Both the position numbers and the translations under genes were made by a program. From positions 1-37,510 of the forward strand of contig LT649325.1 in NCBI GenBank assembly GCA_900128395.1: a stretch of DNA of 37,510 bases, written 5' to 3'. The stretch is from Stramenopiles sp. TOSAG23-2 (taxonomy: Eukaryota). The notes below the pieces were generated by a model. That model had not been told where the DNA came from. It saw nothing but the letters and a program-made list of their open reading frames with translations, and searched no databases. Below, piece by piece: positions 1 to 10,300 of the stretch. The first letter of the stretch is position 1. Each line of letters opens with the position of its first letter.

Positions 1-481
1 TTTTAAAAGGAGTGTAGCGTTAGTATAGGCGAATAGCATAGCGGTGGTTTCCTGAGTAGTATAATACCAGGTAAAGTGCCAAGTGCCGTGAAGTGATGAA
101 AGGCAAGGACCCCTGCCATGAATTTATGAAAAAACGATGGAAATGTTATAATAAATATAAACAAGGAGAAACTTAAGGAGGGCATACTTTAACTTGTTTA
201 CAATGTTTTTATAATTCTTATAAAACGGCTCCTTAAATACAAAGCGTACAATAAAGGAAATTTATGAGTGTTTTAAGTGACTTTGCATTACGATATCATG
301 AGTTTTTGTATTTTCACTACCTCTGTGAAGAAGAAAAATGAATGAATGGCATATAATTAAAGAACTTCTATATTAATATAAAAACAATGAAGATGGTGCA
401 CTGACTTGGGGAAAAACAAAATATCATTATTATAAAAGACAACAAACGAAATCAATCAAGACCAGTCAAAATATAAAAATC

Positions 482-991
482 ATGTTTTTACAAGCGAGAC
501 GATTAGTTGCAAAGCAACAGAATGTGAATGTAGTGAAACGAACGTTGCGTACGACGACGAAACGTAAAAATAATATGTTTAACCAAATATTAGAAGGGGA
601 TTCTGGTAAAGGTTTGTTAAGTACGAAATTTTATCATTACACTGTGTATGGTTCAGTAGCATTGTTTCCAGTTGCACTTGCTCTTAGTCCATCCAAATTG
701 AATATACCTGTAGATGTTGCCCTTGGCTTAATCTTTCCTATTCATGCACATATCGGTATGAACTATGTTATTTCTGACTATGTACCAAAAGCTTTCAGAA
801 GTGCAGCTAGGACAGGATGGCTTGGTGTGACTGCTGTTACTATATTAGGTTTATTAAAATTAAATTTATTTGGTGACGGTATGACAGAATCAGTTAAAAG
901 TATGTTTCGTGAAATGAGCCCTGAAGAAAGAAGAGCTATTGAAGCGGCAAAAGCTCCAGCAGCTGCAGCGCCAGAGGAAAAAACTGAATAA
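482..991 (+). CDS. SDHD: Succinate dehydrogenase cytochrome b small subunit (CybS), mitochondrial
   Basis: Basic N-terminal transit peptide, three hydrophobic segments, motif HAHIGMNYVISDYV typical of SDHD/SDH4. Confidence 0.9.
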   Translation: MFLQARRLVAKQQNVNVVKRTLRTTTKRKNNMFNQILEGDSGKGLLSTKFYHYTVYGSVALFPVALALSPSKLNIPVDVALGLIFPIHAHIGMNYVISDYVPKAFRSAARTGWLGVTAVTILGLLKLNLFGDGMTESVKSMFREMSPEERRAIEAAKAPAAAAPEEKTE

Positions 992-1015
992 GTGTATCCA
1001 CCTTTTAGTATTGAT

Positions 1016-1017
1016 AA

Positions 1018-1048
<31 letters not shown>

Positions 1049-1134
1049 TATATTAAATGATATTAACAAAACAGGAAAAATATTATTATTTTTTATCACT
1101 TGCAAAGGATGTGACGCAGCAGAGAGGAGAGAAA

Positions 1135-1165
<31 letters not shown>

Positions 1166-1249
1166 TATATTAAATGATATTAACAAAACAGGAAAAATAT
1201 TATTATTTTTTATCACTTGCAAAGGATGTGACGCAGCAGAGAGGAGAGA
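1016..1249. repeat. Exact tandem duplication, 2 x 117 bp, in SDHD 3' flank
   Basis: 1016-1132 identical to 1133-1249, including the (TA)n tract. Confidence 0.95.
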
Positions 1250-1581
1250 GAGAGTCGAGAGAGAAAACGTTTTCCAAAATTTTTTTAAAAAAGGATACTT
1301 TTATATATATATGTAATATGATATGAATTTGGATATATATAATAATATTATTTTACTTCGTAGAAATTTTCCTGGGCGCACAATCTCTCTCTCCTGCCGC
1401 GCTCTCTCAAACTTTTCCAAAATGTATACGTTAATTTATTAAATATAATACATATCATACTCCGGATAAGATATAATATTTACTATTGATAGGATATCAC
1501 GGAATATATATATATATATATATATTTGTTGCATCAGATGATACGATAATATATTCTCACATGATATAATACATGATGAAA

Positions 1582-3312
1582 TTACAATTTCTCAACCATT
1601 TTTGCATAATTTGGTGTTCCCACTCCGGTACTTGCATCCCAACCTTTAACTGCTGGGAAACCACCATGTGGACCACCACCACTGTTACTTCCTTGTGTTA
1701 CATCATTAAATGCATCTGCATTTTGATAGATCCATGGATTTAAAAATCCTAATGGTTTGCCACCTTTTGATAATCGTTCTTCATTCAACAATGCAAAGAT
1801 TGCAGCAGCTGTTGGCGATGCAGCACTAGTACCAGCAATACCTTGTAAAATGCTACCAACACCAATACAATATGGATTTTGTTGACCAGCAAGTGCAGCG
1901 ATATCTGGGTAACCACGGCCAGTTGCATTCCAATACGTTTGTTTTGGTAAACCTTGTGCGGTTTTGATGTAATTTTCAACTACATCTTTTTGATAAGAAG
2001 GAATACCAAAAGTATTTGAGAACCCACCGCCACCATCAACCCATGCTTTTTCATCACCAATCGTCGACATGGTTGCAAAATCAGTACCACCTACCGTTGT
2101 GATAAATGGACTTGCCCCTGGGAAATCTGGATGAAAGTGCGCACCGCCACCTTCTCTTCCTAAAACACCTTGATCACCACTTGCAAATAAAATGGAAATA
2201 CCACGTACACCAATTTTTTGAAATTCCGTATTACATGAATCCATGTAAGGAACACCAGTCTGTTGCGCTTCATCATTACCATATGAGACGGAATGTACCA
2301 ATGGCACAGTCTCATCGGACATTGCTTCTACTTGTTTTGCCCAATTTAACAATGAAAATTGTGCCAAGTAAATGTTGGTCAAAGGGATGGAACCAGCAAT
2401 TGCTTTTGCATATTCAATATCTAACAATGCTTCACCGCAGAATTGAACGCCAAGGATTGGAATTTTACAACTAGCACTTTGTTTTGCATTGATTGGATGA
2501 TCAACAGTGAAATTTGGAAGATTACAAGACGTTGCAAATTTCGTTAAATCAGCTTGATCCCAGCTTTGACCTTGAAATTCTGCTACTGCTAATGAAGAAG
2601 ATGCATTACCATTGAAAATTTGAGATGGCAATGAATACCTTTTTCTGATAACACCAGGTGTCACTTTTGTTGTCCCACATGCTTTGCAATCTTGTACCCA
2701 ATCGCCTAAATTTCTGTCTTTGGTCGTCTCCTCCTCCTCAGGAACATCAACCACACGTGCCGTGTTGATACTTGGAAAACGAACTACATTGCCGACCAAA
2801 CGAATGATTTTACTGATATGTGCTGGTACAGAGTAATCAGCAATAGCTCTTTGAATTTCAATATCAGTATGTTTTTTATGTTGAAATGCATAAAATTTAG
2901 TTTGTAACAATGATTCTGCTGCTTTGATTGTAAAATCAGCTTCTACAGAATCTCTGTGTACACCAACATCAACACGTTTTGCACCATTGGTTCTGAGCCA
3001 ATCAACAACAACGTTAATATCTTTATGTTGCATTAACTCTGTTACTTGATTTTGAGATAAATGGTTACCATAGTTAATATTTTTAGGATCAGATACGGCG
3101 TAAAAAATTTCTTCCAATTTGTTGGTTTGTTCTTTCGTATGTTGTAACATAACAATGATATTAATCATTGAATTTGGTTTGGATGGTCCACGTTTATTCC
3201 ATGACTTCGTGCCAGTTGGAAATGCAGTCCCTGGCTCCATATTTACGCGAATATTTGCATGAGCAAATGCAATAGATATAGTTGCTAATAAAATAAATAA
3301 TATTGTTTTCAT
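1582..3312 (-). CDS. TPP1: Tripeptidyl-peptidase I / sedolisin (peptidase S53) with signal peptide and pro-domain
   Basis: Signal peptide MKTILFILLATISIAFAHA from ATG at 3312; pro-domain VSDP..YG.HLS; catalytic EALLD, ASGDQG and GTSAASP; C-terminal GWDASTGVGTPN. Confidence 0.93.
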   Translation of the reverse strand: MKTILFILLATISIAFAHANIRVNMEPGTAFPTGTKSWNKRGPSKPNSMINIIVMLQHTKEQTNKLEEIFYAVSDPKNINYGNHLSQNQVTELMQHKDINVVVDWLRTNGAKRVDVGVHRDSVEADFTIKAAESLLQTKFYAFQHKKHTDIEIQRAIADYSVPAHISKIIRLVGNVVRFPSINTARVVDVPEEEETTKDRNLGDWVQDCKACGTTKVTPGVIRKRYSLPSQIFNGNASSSLAVAEFQGQSWDQADLTKFATSCNLPNFTVDHPINAKQSASCKIPILGVQFCGEALLDIEYAKAIAGSIPLTNIYLAQFSLLNWAKQVEAMSDETVPLVHSVSYGNDEAQQTGVPYMDSCNTEFQKIGVRGISILFASGDQGVLGREGGGAHFHPDFPGASPFITTVGGTDFATMSTIGDEKAWVDGGGGFSNTFGIPSYQKDVVENYIKTAQGLPKQTYWNATGRGYPDIAALAGQQNPYCIGVGSILQGIAGTSAASPTAAAIFALLNEERLSKGGKPLGFLNPWIYQNADAFNDVTQGSNSGGGPHGGFPAVKGWDASTGVGTPNYAKMVEKL

Positions 3313-3797
3313 CTTTCCTCTTTTTTTCTTTTTTTCTAATCGTATATATATCAAAAAACGTATATATATTATTATGTGATGTATATATTGAACTTTCTTT
3401 TTAAAATATATGTCTCTGGCCTCTCTCTCTCCTTATACAACAATATCGATCTCCTTCTTGTTGTTGTATACATATACATATCTTTTTTTCATATAAAAAG
3501 AAGGTTTGGCTGATGATATATATAAATTCGCGGCCAAAGAGGACTGTTTTCGGCTATTATATTCCTGATTGAGGAGGAAATATATATATTTATACTTATT
3601 TGTATTCTATATTTCTGATCCCTCCTGTTTCCGAAATATCCTATAAAATATCCTCCGGAAGGATTGCTTTGTACGTTTTGTTCGGTTTATTAGAATAGCG
3701 GATCCTCTCTAGTTTAGAGGGTAATAGCACTGCGATCTGCGAAAGTTATAGAATCGTAGTCGTATTGGAAATTTGTTCCATTTCTTACCCTATCAAA

Positions 3798-4010
3798 TGA
3801 CACATAAATTTTATTCTTTTAATTGGGAAATTAGAATATCAAAAACAATTCTCATTTGTCATCAATTTTTTAATATTAATTAATATAAAAAATACTTCTT
3901 TAGGTATATACATAAAAGCGGAAATTATACAGAAATTATCAAAACAAATTTGATTTTTCACGATTAAGTGACACATAATTTATACTTGAATGGTAAATTA
4001 GAATACTGAA
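3798..4010. repeat. Diverged direct repeat of about 43 bp, two copies 171 bp apart, in TPP1/DP divergent intergenic region
   Basis: TGACACATAAATTTTATTCTTTTAATTGGGAAATTAGAATA at 3798 versus TGACACATAATTTATACTTGAATGGTAAATTAGAATA at 3969. Confidence 0.6.
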
Positions 4011-4261
4011 AATGCGAAAGGGTGCGAAGATCAAAAAGATATTTTAATGAATGAATGTGAGGTGCCAATGTATAGATATTTAGAAGAGATATACACACAC
4101 AGCTCCTGGTAGTTGATGTAGATTCGAGATGTATACATCCTTTTTTGATTATAACGATCTATTTCATTTGATTAATTAATAGGATAAATACCTGTTTGTT
4201 TGTTATATTTCCGCCCCCTCTTCCTCCACCCGCACATTCAATACTGTACCACATCATCATC

Positions 4262-5344
4262 ATGTCTGCATCGAGAAAAAAATCTTCTTCTTCTATCAAA
4301 ACCGAAACTAATAATAAACCAACGACGAAAAAGCAAGATGCATTAAATAAAGAATTTGTAAAGATATTTGAAGAAAATGGATTAGATAAAATGGCAAAAG
4401 AAGTTGGAATTGTAAATAGCAATGGTAAAATACCAGTTACAAGGACAACAGATACAAAAACAAATATAAGTTTATTAAAAAAAAGAAAAAGTATGGCACC
4501 ACCATCCAAATCAAAAACTACAGCCAAATCAAAAACTACAGCAAAATCAACATCAAAAACTACAACTAAAACAGGCTCTACAAAAAAGAAAAGAGTACAA
4601 AGGACAGGAACAAGCGGTAAAGCAAATAAAGGTTTACGACATTTTAGTATGAAAGTATGCCAAAAAGTACAATTGAAAGGTAAAACGACGTATAATGAAG
4701 TCGCGGACGAATTAGTTAGGGAATATGCAGCTTCAGTACTTACAAATCCTGTAGACCAGTCATATGACGAGAAAAATATAAGACGTAGAGTATACGATGC
4801 TTTAAATGTCCTTATGGCAATGGATATTATATCAAAAGAGAAGAACAAGGAGATACATTGGAAAGGTTTGCCAACAAATGCTGCTAATGATATCGATAAA
4901 TTACAAGAGGAGAAAGATCTGAAAGTAAAAATTATTGCTCGAAAAAAACAGCATTTACAAGAGCTATTGTTGCAACAAATTGCATTTAAAAACTTAGTGA
5001 AGCGTAATCAAAAAGAATCACAATACCATCACGAGGAAACCAAAATTCCATTACCATTTATTATTGTAAGCACAAACAATACTACAGTCGTTCAATGTGA
5101 AATGGCAGAAGATAGGTCAGATATATTTTTTGATTTCAATGAAAAATTTGAAATACATGATGATAATGATATTTTAAAAAAAATGGGAATGCAAAAATAT
5201 ACTATTGAGGAGGCAAAAAGACTTGTACCAAATCAATTAGTAAGATATTTGCCGGGATATGTCGAACCAGTGAAATTAGAAGGTGGAGGAAGATCATCCT
5301 CATCGTCAACAACGACTACAACCACTACAGAGGTGAAATTATAA
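4262..5344 (+). CDS. DP: DP-family transcription factor (E2F dimerisation partner)
   Basis: KGLRHFSMKVCQKV, TTYNEVADELV, KNIRRRVYDALNVLMAMDII, QQIAFKNLVKRN, LPFIIV and FEIHDD motifs; first ATG at 4262. Confidence 0.95.
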   Translation: MSASRKKSSSSIKTETNNKPTTKKQDALNKEFVKIFEENGLDKMAKEVGIVNSNGKIPVTRTTDTKTNISLLKKRKSMAPPSKSKTTAKSKTTAKSTSKTTTKTGSTKKKRVQRTGTSGKANKGLRHFSMKVCQKVQLKGKTTYNEVADELVREYAASVLTNPVDQSYDEKNIRRRVYDALNVLMAMDIISKEKNKEIHWKGLPTNAANDIDKLQEEKDLKVKIIARKKQHLQELLLQQIAFKNLVKRNQKESQYHHEETKIPLPFIIVSTNNTTVVQCEMAEDRSDIFFDFNEKFEIHDDNDILKKMGMQKYTIEEAKRLVPNQLVRYLPGYVEPVKLEGGGRSSSSSTTTTTTTEVKL

Positions 5345-5402
5345 AAAAAGAGCATTATCAAAAAAAAAAGGAAGAGAGGAGGAGAAAAGGCGAGAGACTA
5401 AA

Positions 5403-5407
<5 letters not shown>

Positions 5408-5439
<32 letters not shown>
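5408..5439. repeat. (AG)n microsatellite
   Basis: Pure GA dinucleotide run after the DP stop codon. Confidence 0.9.
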
Positions 5440-5442
<3 letters not shown>

Positions 5443-5687
5443 AAAAAAAATTATACGAATAATATGTTATACGAGAGAGTAATATAATATCATATACGAA
5501 TTCGTATCATGTTTTTAAGCTAAAAAAATATCTGCCGCCTCGAGGTATTTAAGTATCTCCATATTTCCAAAAAATATTATATCGTGTACTCGTATTAATT
5601 TTTTATATTTTACACGTTCGTACAATTTCGTTAAAAAACACGACGCAGTATTAAATCTTAAAAATACACGCTTTTCCTCCGATTACT

Positions 5688-7042
5688 TCATACAGTGTGA
5701 CTAAAACACCGTTCTTTCAATTTTATCCTTGCTTTTGAATTATTATTATTGTTATTATTATGATGATGGCCAAAAGTCATCGATTTTTGATCTAGTGTTG
5801 AATGAAATTTTGCTGGTCCTTTCAAATCAGCATTAGGTTCAAATCGTGGTCTTTGACTTTTGTATTCCATTCCCATAGATTGCAACATTATATTTCCATC
5901 TGGTCTAGGTGGTGATGATTCAAATGATAATGGTGGTGATTTTATTTTTCTTGGTTTTATTTTCATTGTTGTTTCGATCATAGCAGTATTATTATTATTA
6001 TTATTATTACTATTATTGTTATTATCATTACCAACAAGATCAAAATCATTTCCACGTGATGCAACTTTACTTTTAAATGTAGATGAATATTTTTGTGGTG
6101 AATGTTTCATCAATCGTATCATTGGGACTTTATTATCTAATGTATTGCCTCTTGGCGACGGAATGAAATTTTTATACTCACTTATATATTTAGTATACAA
6201 TAATTGTTGTTCCCACGGTAGTAATCTTTTCTTTGCTTTACCAATTTTTGTACTGCCAAAATTTTTTTCGTATATTAATTGTTTATTCCAACTTTTCTCA
6301 TCATCGATTCGTGGTATTCCATTGATACCAACAAGACTTGTTAATGATGTTGAGGTTTTAAAACGTGTTGCTGTCACACCAAATGATCCTATTGATTTTG
6401 TAATATTTGAACCGTTATTACTGCTTTTTTTCTTCTTCGGTTTGACGCTTGTGACACCACCAATGGCTAATTTACACATATCAATTTCATGCTTTAATCC
6501 TTTTGCACGTTGGGTTGCATGATTTTTATATAATTTACCTGATGTAAGCAATTCATTATAGCGTTTTTGCCTTTGTTTCTCTGTCAATGGCAAATCATCT
6601 ATTCCATTATATACGTTCTTTTCCACATTGTAAGCGCCTGACCTCGAGAAGTACCCCGTGAGGAACTGTATCGCGAATACGTTCCACTATAATGGCAAAT
6701 CATCTATTCCATTATATACGTTCTTTTCCACATTGTAAGCGCCTGACCTCGAGAAGTACCCCGTGAGGAACTGTATCGCGAATACGTTCCACTATTAGCA
6801 CTACTACTTCTATCATCTAAATAAAAGGATGAAAATGAACTTTCAGATGATGAGTTAGATAGAGGTCTTAAACTTCTTTCGTCGTCGTCGTCGTCGTCAT
6901 CATCGTCGTCATCATCATAGGTATTAGTTGGTGAAAATAAACGGCTTTGTAAGTATTCATGATATTGCTTTCCATCAACACCTTCCTCCACAATATTTTC
7001 TAAATATCCAAACGATTCAAACGTACGTTCCACGTCTACCAT
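5688..7042 (-). CDS. Hypothetical low-complexity protein; probably one gene split over two frames (7042-6704 and about 6687-5688) by a frameshift or an intron
   Basis: ATG at 7042 follows a typical (TA)n/AAAC leader; continuous coding-like sequence with no intergenic-type DNA between the ORFs; downstream ORF has no early ATG; 105 bp duplication at the junction. Confidence 0.55.
6586..6795. repeat. Exact tandem duplication, 2 x 105 bp, inside coding sequence
   Basis: 6586-6690 identical to 6691-6795. Confidence 0.95.
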
Positions 7043-7621
7043 GTTTATATATATATAATATAATAAATATATATATATATGCGTGTATGTTTATATTATT
7101 ATTAAAGTATATTTGCTAGTGTCGTCTATACATTTGATCGGGACGTGATTCTCATAAAAATTACATATGCCAAAATGTGTGTGTGAATCCATTTGGATAT
7201 ATATATATCTGTATGTGTGTTCATGTGTGTGTATGAGTTGAAATTCGATACGGTCTATTTTTAATGGTGTGTGCATACTATATTTACGTTTGGCACTAGC
7301 ACACTACATTTTTTAATACAAATTGTTTTTTCTCTTCTGTAAAGCCTGCTTCGAATAATTGTTCTTGAAATCAGAGGAGGGAAGAGGGTCGGTAAGTTTA
7401 AAAAAATTATGAACGCGTAAAATAAATTATACACACTAAAACACCGTTGTCTCGTACTATAAATAAAAAATACCTTTTTTACGAACGGTTCGTAATTTTT
7501 TTATATAGAAGAGCTTTTTTTAAATTTTATATCATATATTTACGACGCGCGTATCAAAGCACGAGTATAATATTTTATAAAAGAGCCCTTTCTCCTGTTG
7601 CAAACCCTGTGAAATCTAATC

Positions 7622-9631
7622 TTATGACAAGACTTTCAGTGCATCAATTGCTAACTGAAATTTTTGTTCTGCTGCTTTTGTAAAACATTCAACAGCTTTT
7701 GCTTTATCCTTTGTAACACCATGGCCATTATGATACATACAACCAAGATTATATTGACCACCTGCATATCCTTGTTCTGCTGCTTTTGTAAACCATTCAA
7801 CTGCTTTTTTGTAATCCTTTGTAACACCATAACCATGATCATACATTGTACCAAGATTAAATTGACCACCTGCATATCCTTGTTCTGCTGCTTTTGTATA
7901 CCATTCAAATGCTTTTTTGTCATCCTTTGTAACACCGTCACCATTACGATACATTACGCCAAGATTACATTGACCACTTGCATTTCCTTGTTCTGCTGAT
8001 TTCGTATACCATTCAACTGCTTTTTTGTCATCCTTTGTAACACCATAACCAAATTCATACATTGTACCAAGATTAAGTTGACCAAATGCATGTCCTTGTT
8101 CTGCTGATTTTGTAAACCATTCAACTGCTTTTTTGTAATCCTTTGTAACACCATAACCAATAGAATACATACGGCCCATTAAATATTGTGCCAAACAGTC
8201 ATCTTTCTTAGTCTTAATATATTTGTTAATTATATTATATCCTTTTTTCTCATCTTTGACAAATTTACCAAGTCCATGTAAGTGACAATATCCTATTGCA
8301 AGCTCAAATCCACCATATGCTGATGCTTCAATCATTGTTTGATATTTTAATGGCAAGAATAATTTTGAATCTCTAACTATTGCATGGTTTAATCCATCTT
8401 CAAATAATTTACGAGCACCAAGTGACAAATCAACTTCATCATTGAAAGTATTACTATTCGTTTTACGTCGTTTGGTTTTTCTTGATGATGATCCATTAAT
8501 GTTTGATAAATTTCTTTTTCCATTGCTATTATTACTACTACTATTATCACAGACAATATTATTATTATTATTCATTTCTGAAATGGAATCTTTAATTAAA
8601 TCTGCCAACATTTCAATTTGTTTTGCATTCGTATCTTTTGCTTTTTTAACACGTTTTAATTCCAACTCATCATTATTCATCTTCTCTTTTGCTTTTTCAA
8701 ATGATGATGATCCATTAATGTTTGATAAATTTCTTTTTCCATTGCTATTATTACTACTACTATTATCACAGACAATATTATTATTATTATTCATTTCTGA
8801 AATGGAATCTTTAATTAAATCTGCCAACATTTCAATTTGTTTTGCATTCGTATCTTTTGCTTTTTTAACACGTTTTAATTCCAACTCATCATTATTCATC
8901 TTCTCTTTTGCTTTTTCAAATGCTACTTTAGACTTTTCATATTTATCATATACCTTTTTATGCTCAATATCTATCTGCATACTTTCTTCTCTTTTTTTCT
9001 CCATCATAAGTGATTGACATTTATTTATATCAGAAAGCTGTTTCAATTCGATTTCTTTCTTCTTTGTTATTACTAATACTTGAGATTTTAAAACATCAAA
9101 AGAAGATATAACTTCATCAGTTAAAAGTTCATCGTCTATGGCAATTATCCATTTTTCAAGCTTTTTCATAGTCACTAATACTTTGTCACTTGATTGTATA
9201 ATATTAGAAATCTTTTTGATTACGATGATTAATTCTTCACTGGATGAGGCAGTCATTAATTCTCCAACCAAATCTTTCAAAGACTTTTCCAAATGTTTAC
9301 CATCTTTACTTTTTTGTTGCCACGATGATATCATACTTTTAAACATATGATTTGGTGTCAATGTATGATTATTTAAAATAGCACCAGTTAAAGGAGATCT
9401 AACAGGTTGACCTTCTTTTGTTGCAATCCATTTTTCGATTGATTCACGTTCATATGTTTGTCCATCTGATGCAATGACAGGATCTTTAAATATTTCACCA
9501 CTAATTGAACATATAAAATGTTCTGGTGTTGGTACTTGCATACCACCAATATCTTGACTATTTGAAATTGACGTCGTCGCCGTGGTGGAATTCGTCGTCG
9601 TCGTCGTTGTTGTTGTTGGCATCATCATCAT
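7622..9631 (-). CDS. U-box, coiled-coil and Sel1-like repeat protein (putative E3 ubiquitin ligase)
   Basis: U-box PEHFICSISGEIFKDPVIASDGQTYERESIEKW..SPLTG..LTPNHMFKSMI; five 36-aa Sel1 repeats GQxNLGxMYxxGxGVTKDxKKAxEWxTKxAEQG. Confidence 0.9.
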   Translation of the reverse strand: MMMMPTTTTTTTTNSTTATTSISNSQDIGGMQVPTPEHFICSISGEIFKDPVIASDGQTYERESIEKWIATKEGQPVRSPLTGAILNNHTLTPNHMFKSMISSWQQKSKDGKHLEKSLKDLVGELMTASSSEELIIVIKKISNIIQSSDKVLVTMKKLEKWIIAIDDELLTDEVISSFDVLKSQVLVITKKKEIELKQLSDINKCQSLMMEKKREESMQIDIEHKKVYDKYEKSKVAFEKAKEKMNNDELELKRVKKAKDTNAKQIEMLADLIKDSISEMNNNNNIVCDNSSSNNSNGKRNLSNINGSSSFEKAKEKMNNDELELKRVKKAKDTNAKQIEMLADLIKDSISEMNNNNNIVCDNSSSNNSNGKRNLSNINGSSSRKTKRRKTNSNTFNDEVDLSLGARKLFEDGLNHAIVRDSKLFLPLKYQTMIEASAYGGFELAIGYCHLHGLGKFVKDEKKGYNIINKYIKTKKDDCLAQYLMGRMYSIGYGVTKDYKKAVEWFTKSAEQGHAFGQLNLGTMYEFGYGVTKDDKKAVEWYTKSAEQGNASGQCNLGVMYRNGDGVTKDDKKAFEWYTKAAEQGYAGGQFNLGTMYDHGYGVTKDYKKAVEWFTKAAEQGYAGGQYNLGCMYHNGHGVTKDKAKAVECFTKAAEQKFQLAIDALKVLS
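7658..8197 (-). repeat. Five tandem 108-bp Sel1-like coding repeats
   Basis: Repeats obvious in both DNA (CCTTTGTAACACC recurring every 108 bp) and protein. Confidence 0.92.
8483..8920. repeat. Exact in-frame tandem duplication, 2 x 219 bp (73 aa), in the U-box/Sel1 gene
   Basis: 8483-8701 identical to 8702-8920; peptide FEKAKEKM...NINGSSS occurs twice. Confidence 0.95.
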
Positions 9632-10300
9632 GATGACAATTTCTGTTGATTTTTAATCTTGTATGTTCTCGATACAGACTCGTATGTAAATATATCTAGA
9701 TGATTACACACAGAAACTACACACACACACACACTTATAATCTACTACAGTACTACAATTGTATATAAATACATAAATACTCTTCATACTATTATATACA
9801 TTTACAAAAACATATAGCTATACAATACATGTGCATTAATAATGTAAAAATAATAAATACAACATTTCCTTCTTGTCATGTGCTCATCGTGTTAATTTAA
9901 TGCTAAGCCCATGGTAGGATTTAAGCTTTGGAGATCATAAATTCATAAAATCCAAAAATGGCCAATGTTAATTTGGATGGAAAATATCAAGAATGTCCGA
10001 GTTTTTTGATACTATCCTATATAAATATATATTTATGGTATACTAAATCTATACTTGTTGAGGAGGTTTACAGCTACACAGTTTATATGGTTTACATCCG
10101 TCTTATTAATTTACAAGGTAGGCCAAACATGGTTGGAACATCAGAATAAAAAGATATGTTTCCTGTTGTGTTTAATAAAAAAAAAATACGAAATTTCCTA
10201 AACAGCCCTGTACACACAATACATTTCTATACATACACACATACAGTACATGTGTGGTACTTTCCTTATTTTAATGATCTATTCACATATTTTTTTTTTA

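Noticed and set aside
890..1316. ORFs of 110 and 125 aa overlapping the SDHD 3' end
   Set aside because: Products of (TA)n runs and the 117-bp duplication (IYIYIY tracts); no protein-like content
4205..4220. TTTCCGCCCC upstream of DP as an E2F autoregulatory site
   Set aside because: Does not match TTTSSCGC; single weak instance
7658..8197. Regularly spaced repeats with variable intervals resembling a CRISPR array
   Set aside because: They are in-frame 108-bp Sel1 coding repeats in a eukaryotic gene; no cas genes are present
4159..9017. Long antisense ORFs (4159-4848, 5860-6522, 8442-9017)
   Set aside because: Shadows of low-complexity Lys/Asn/Thr-rich coding strands
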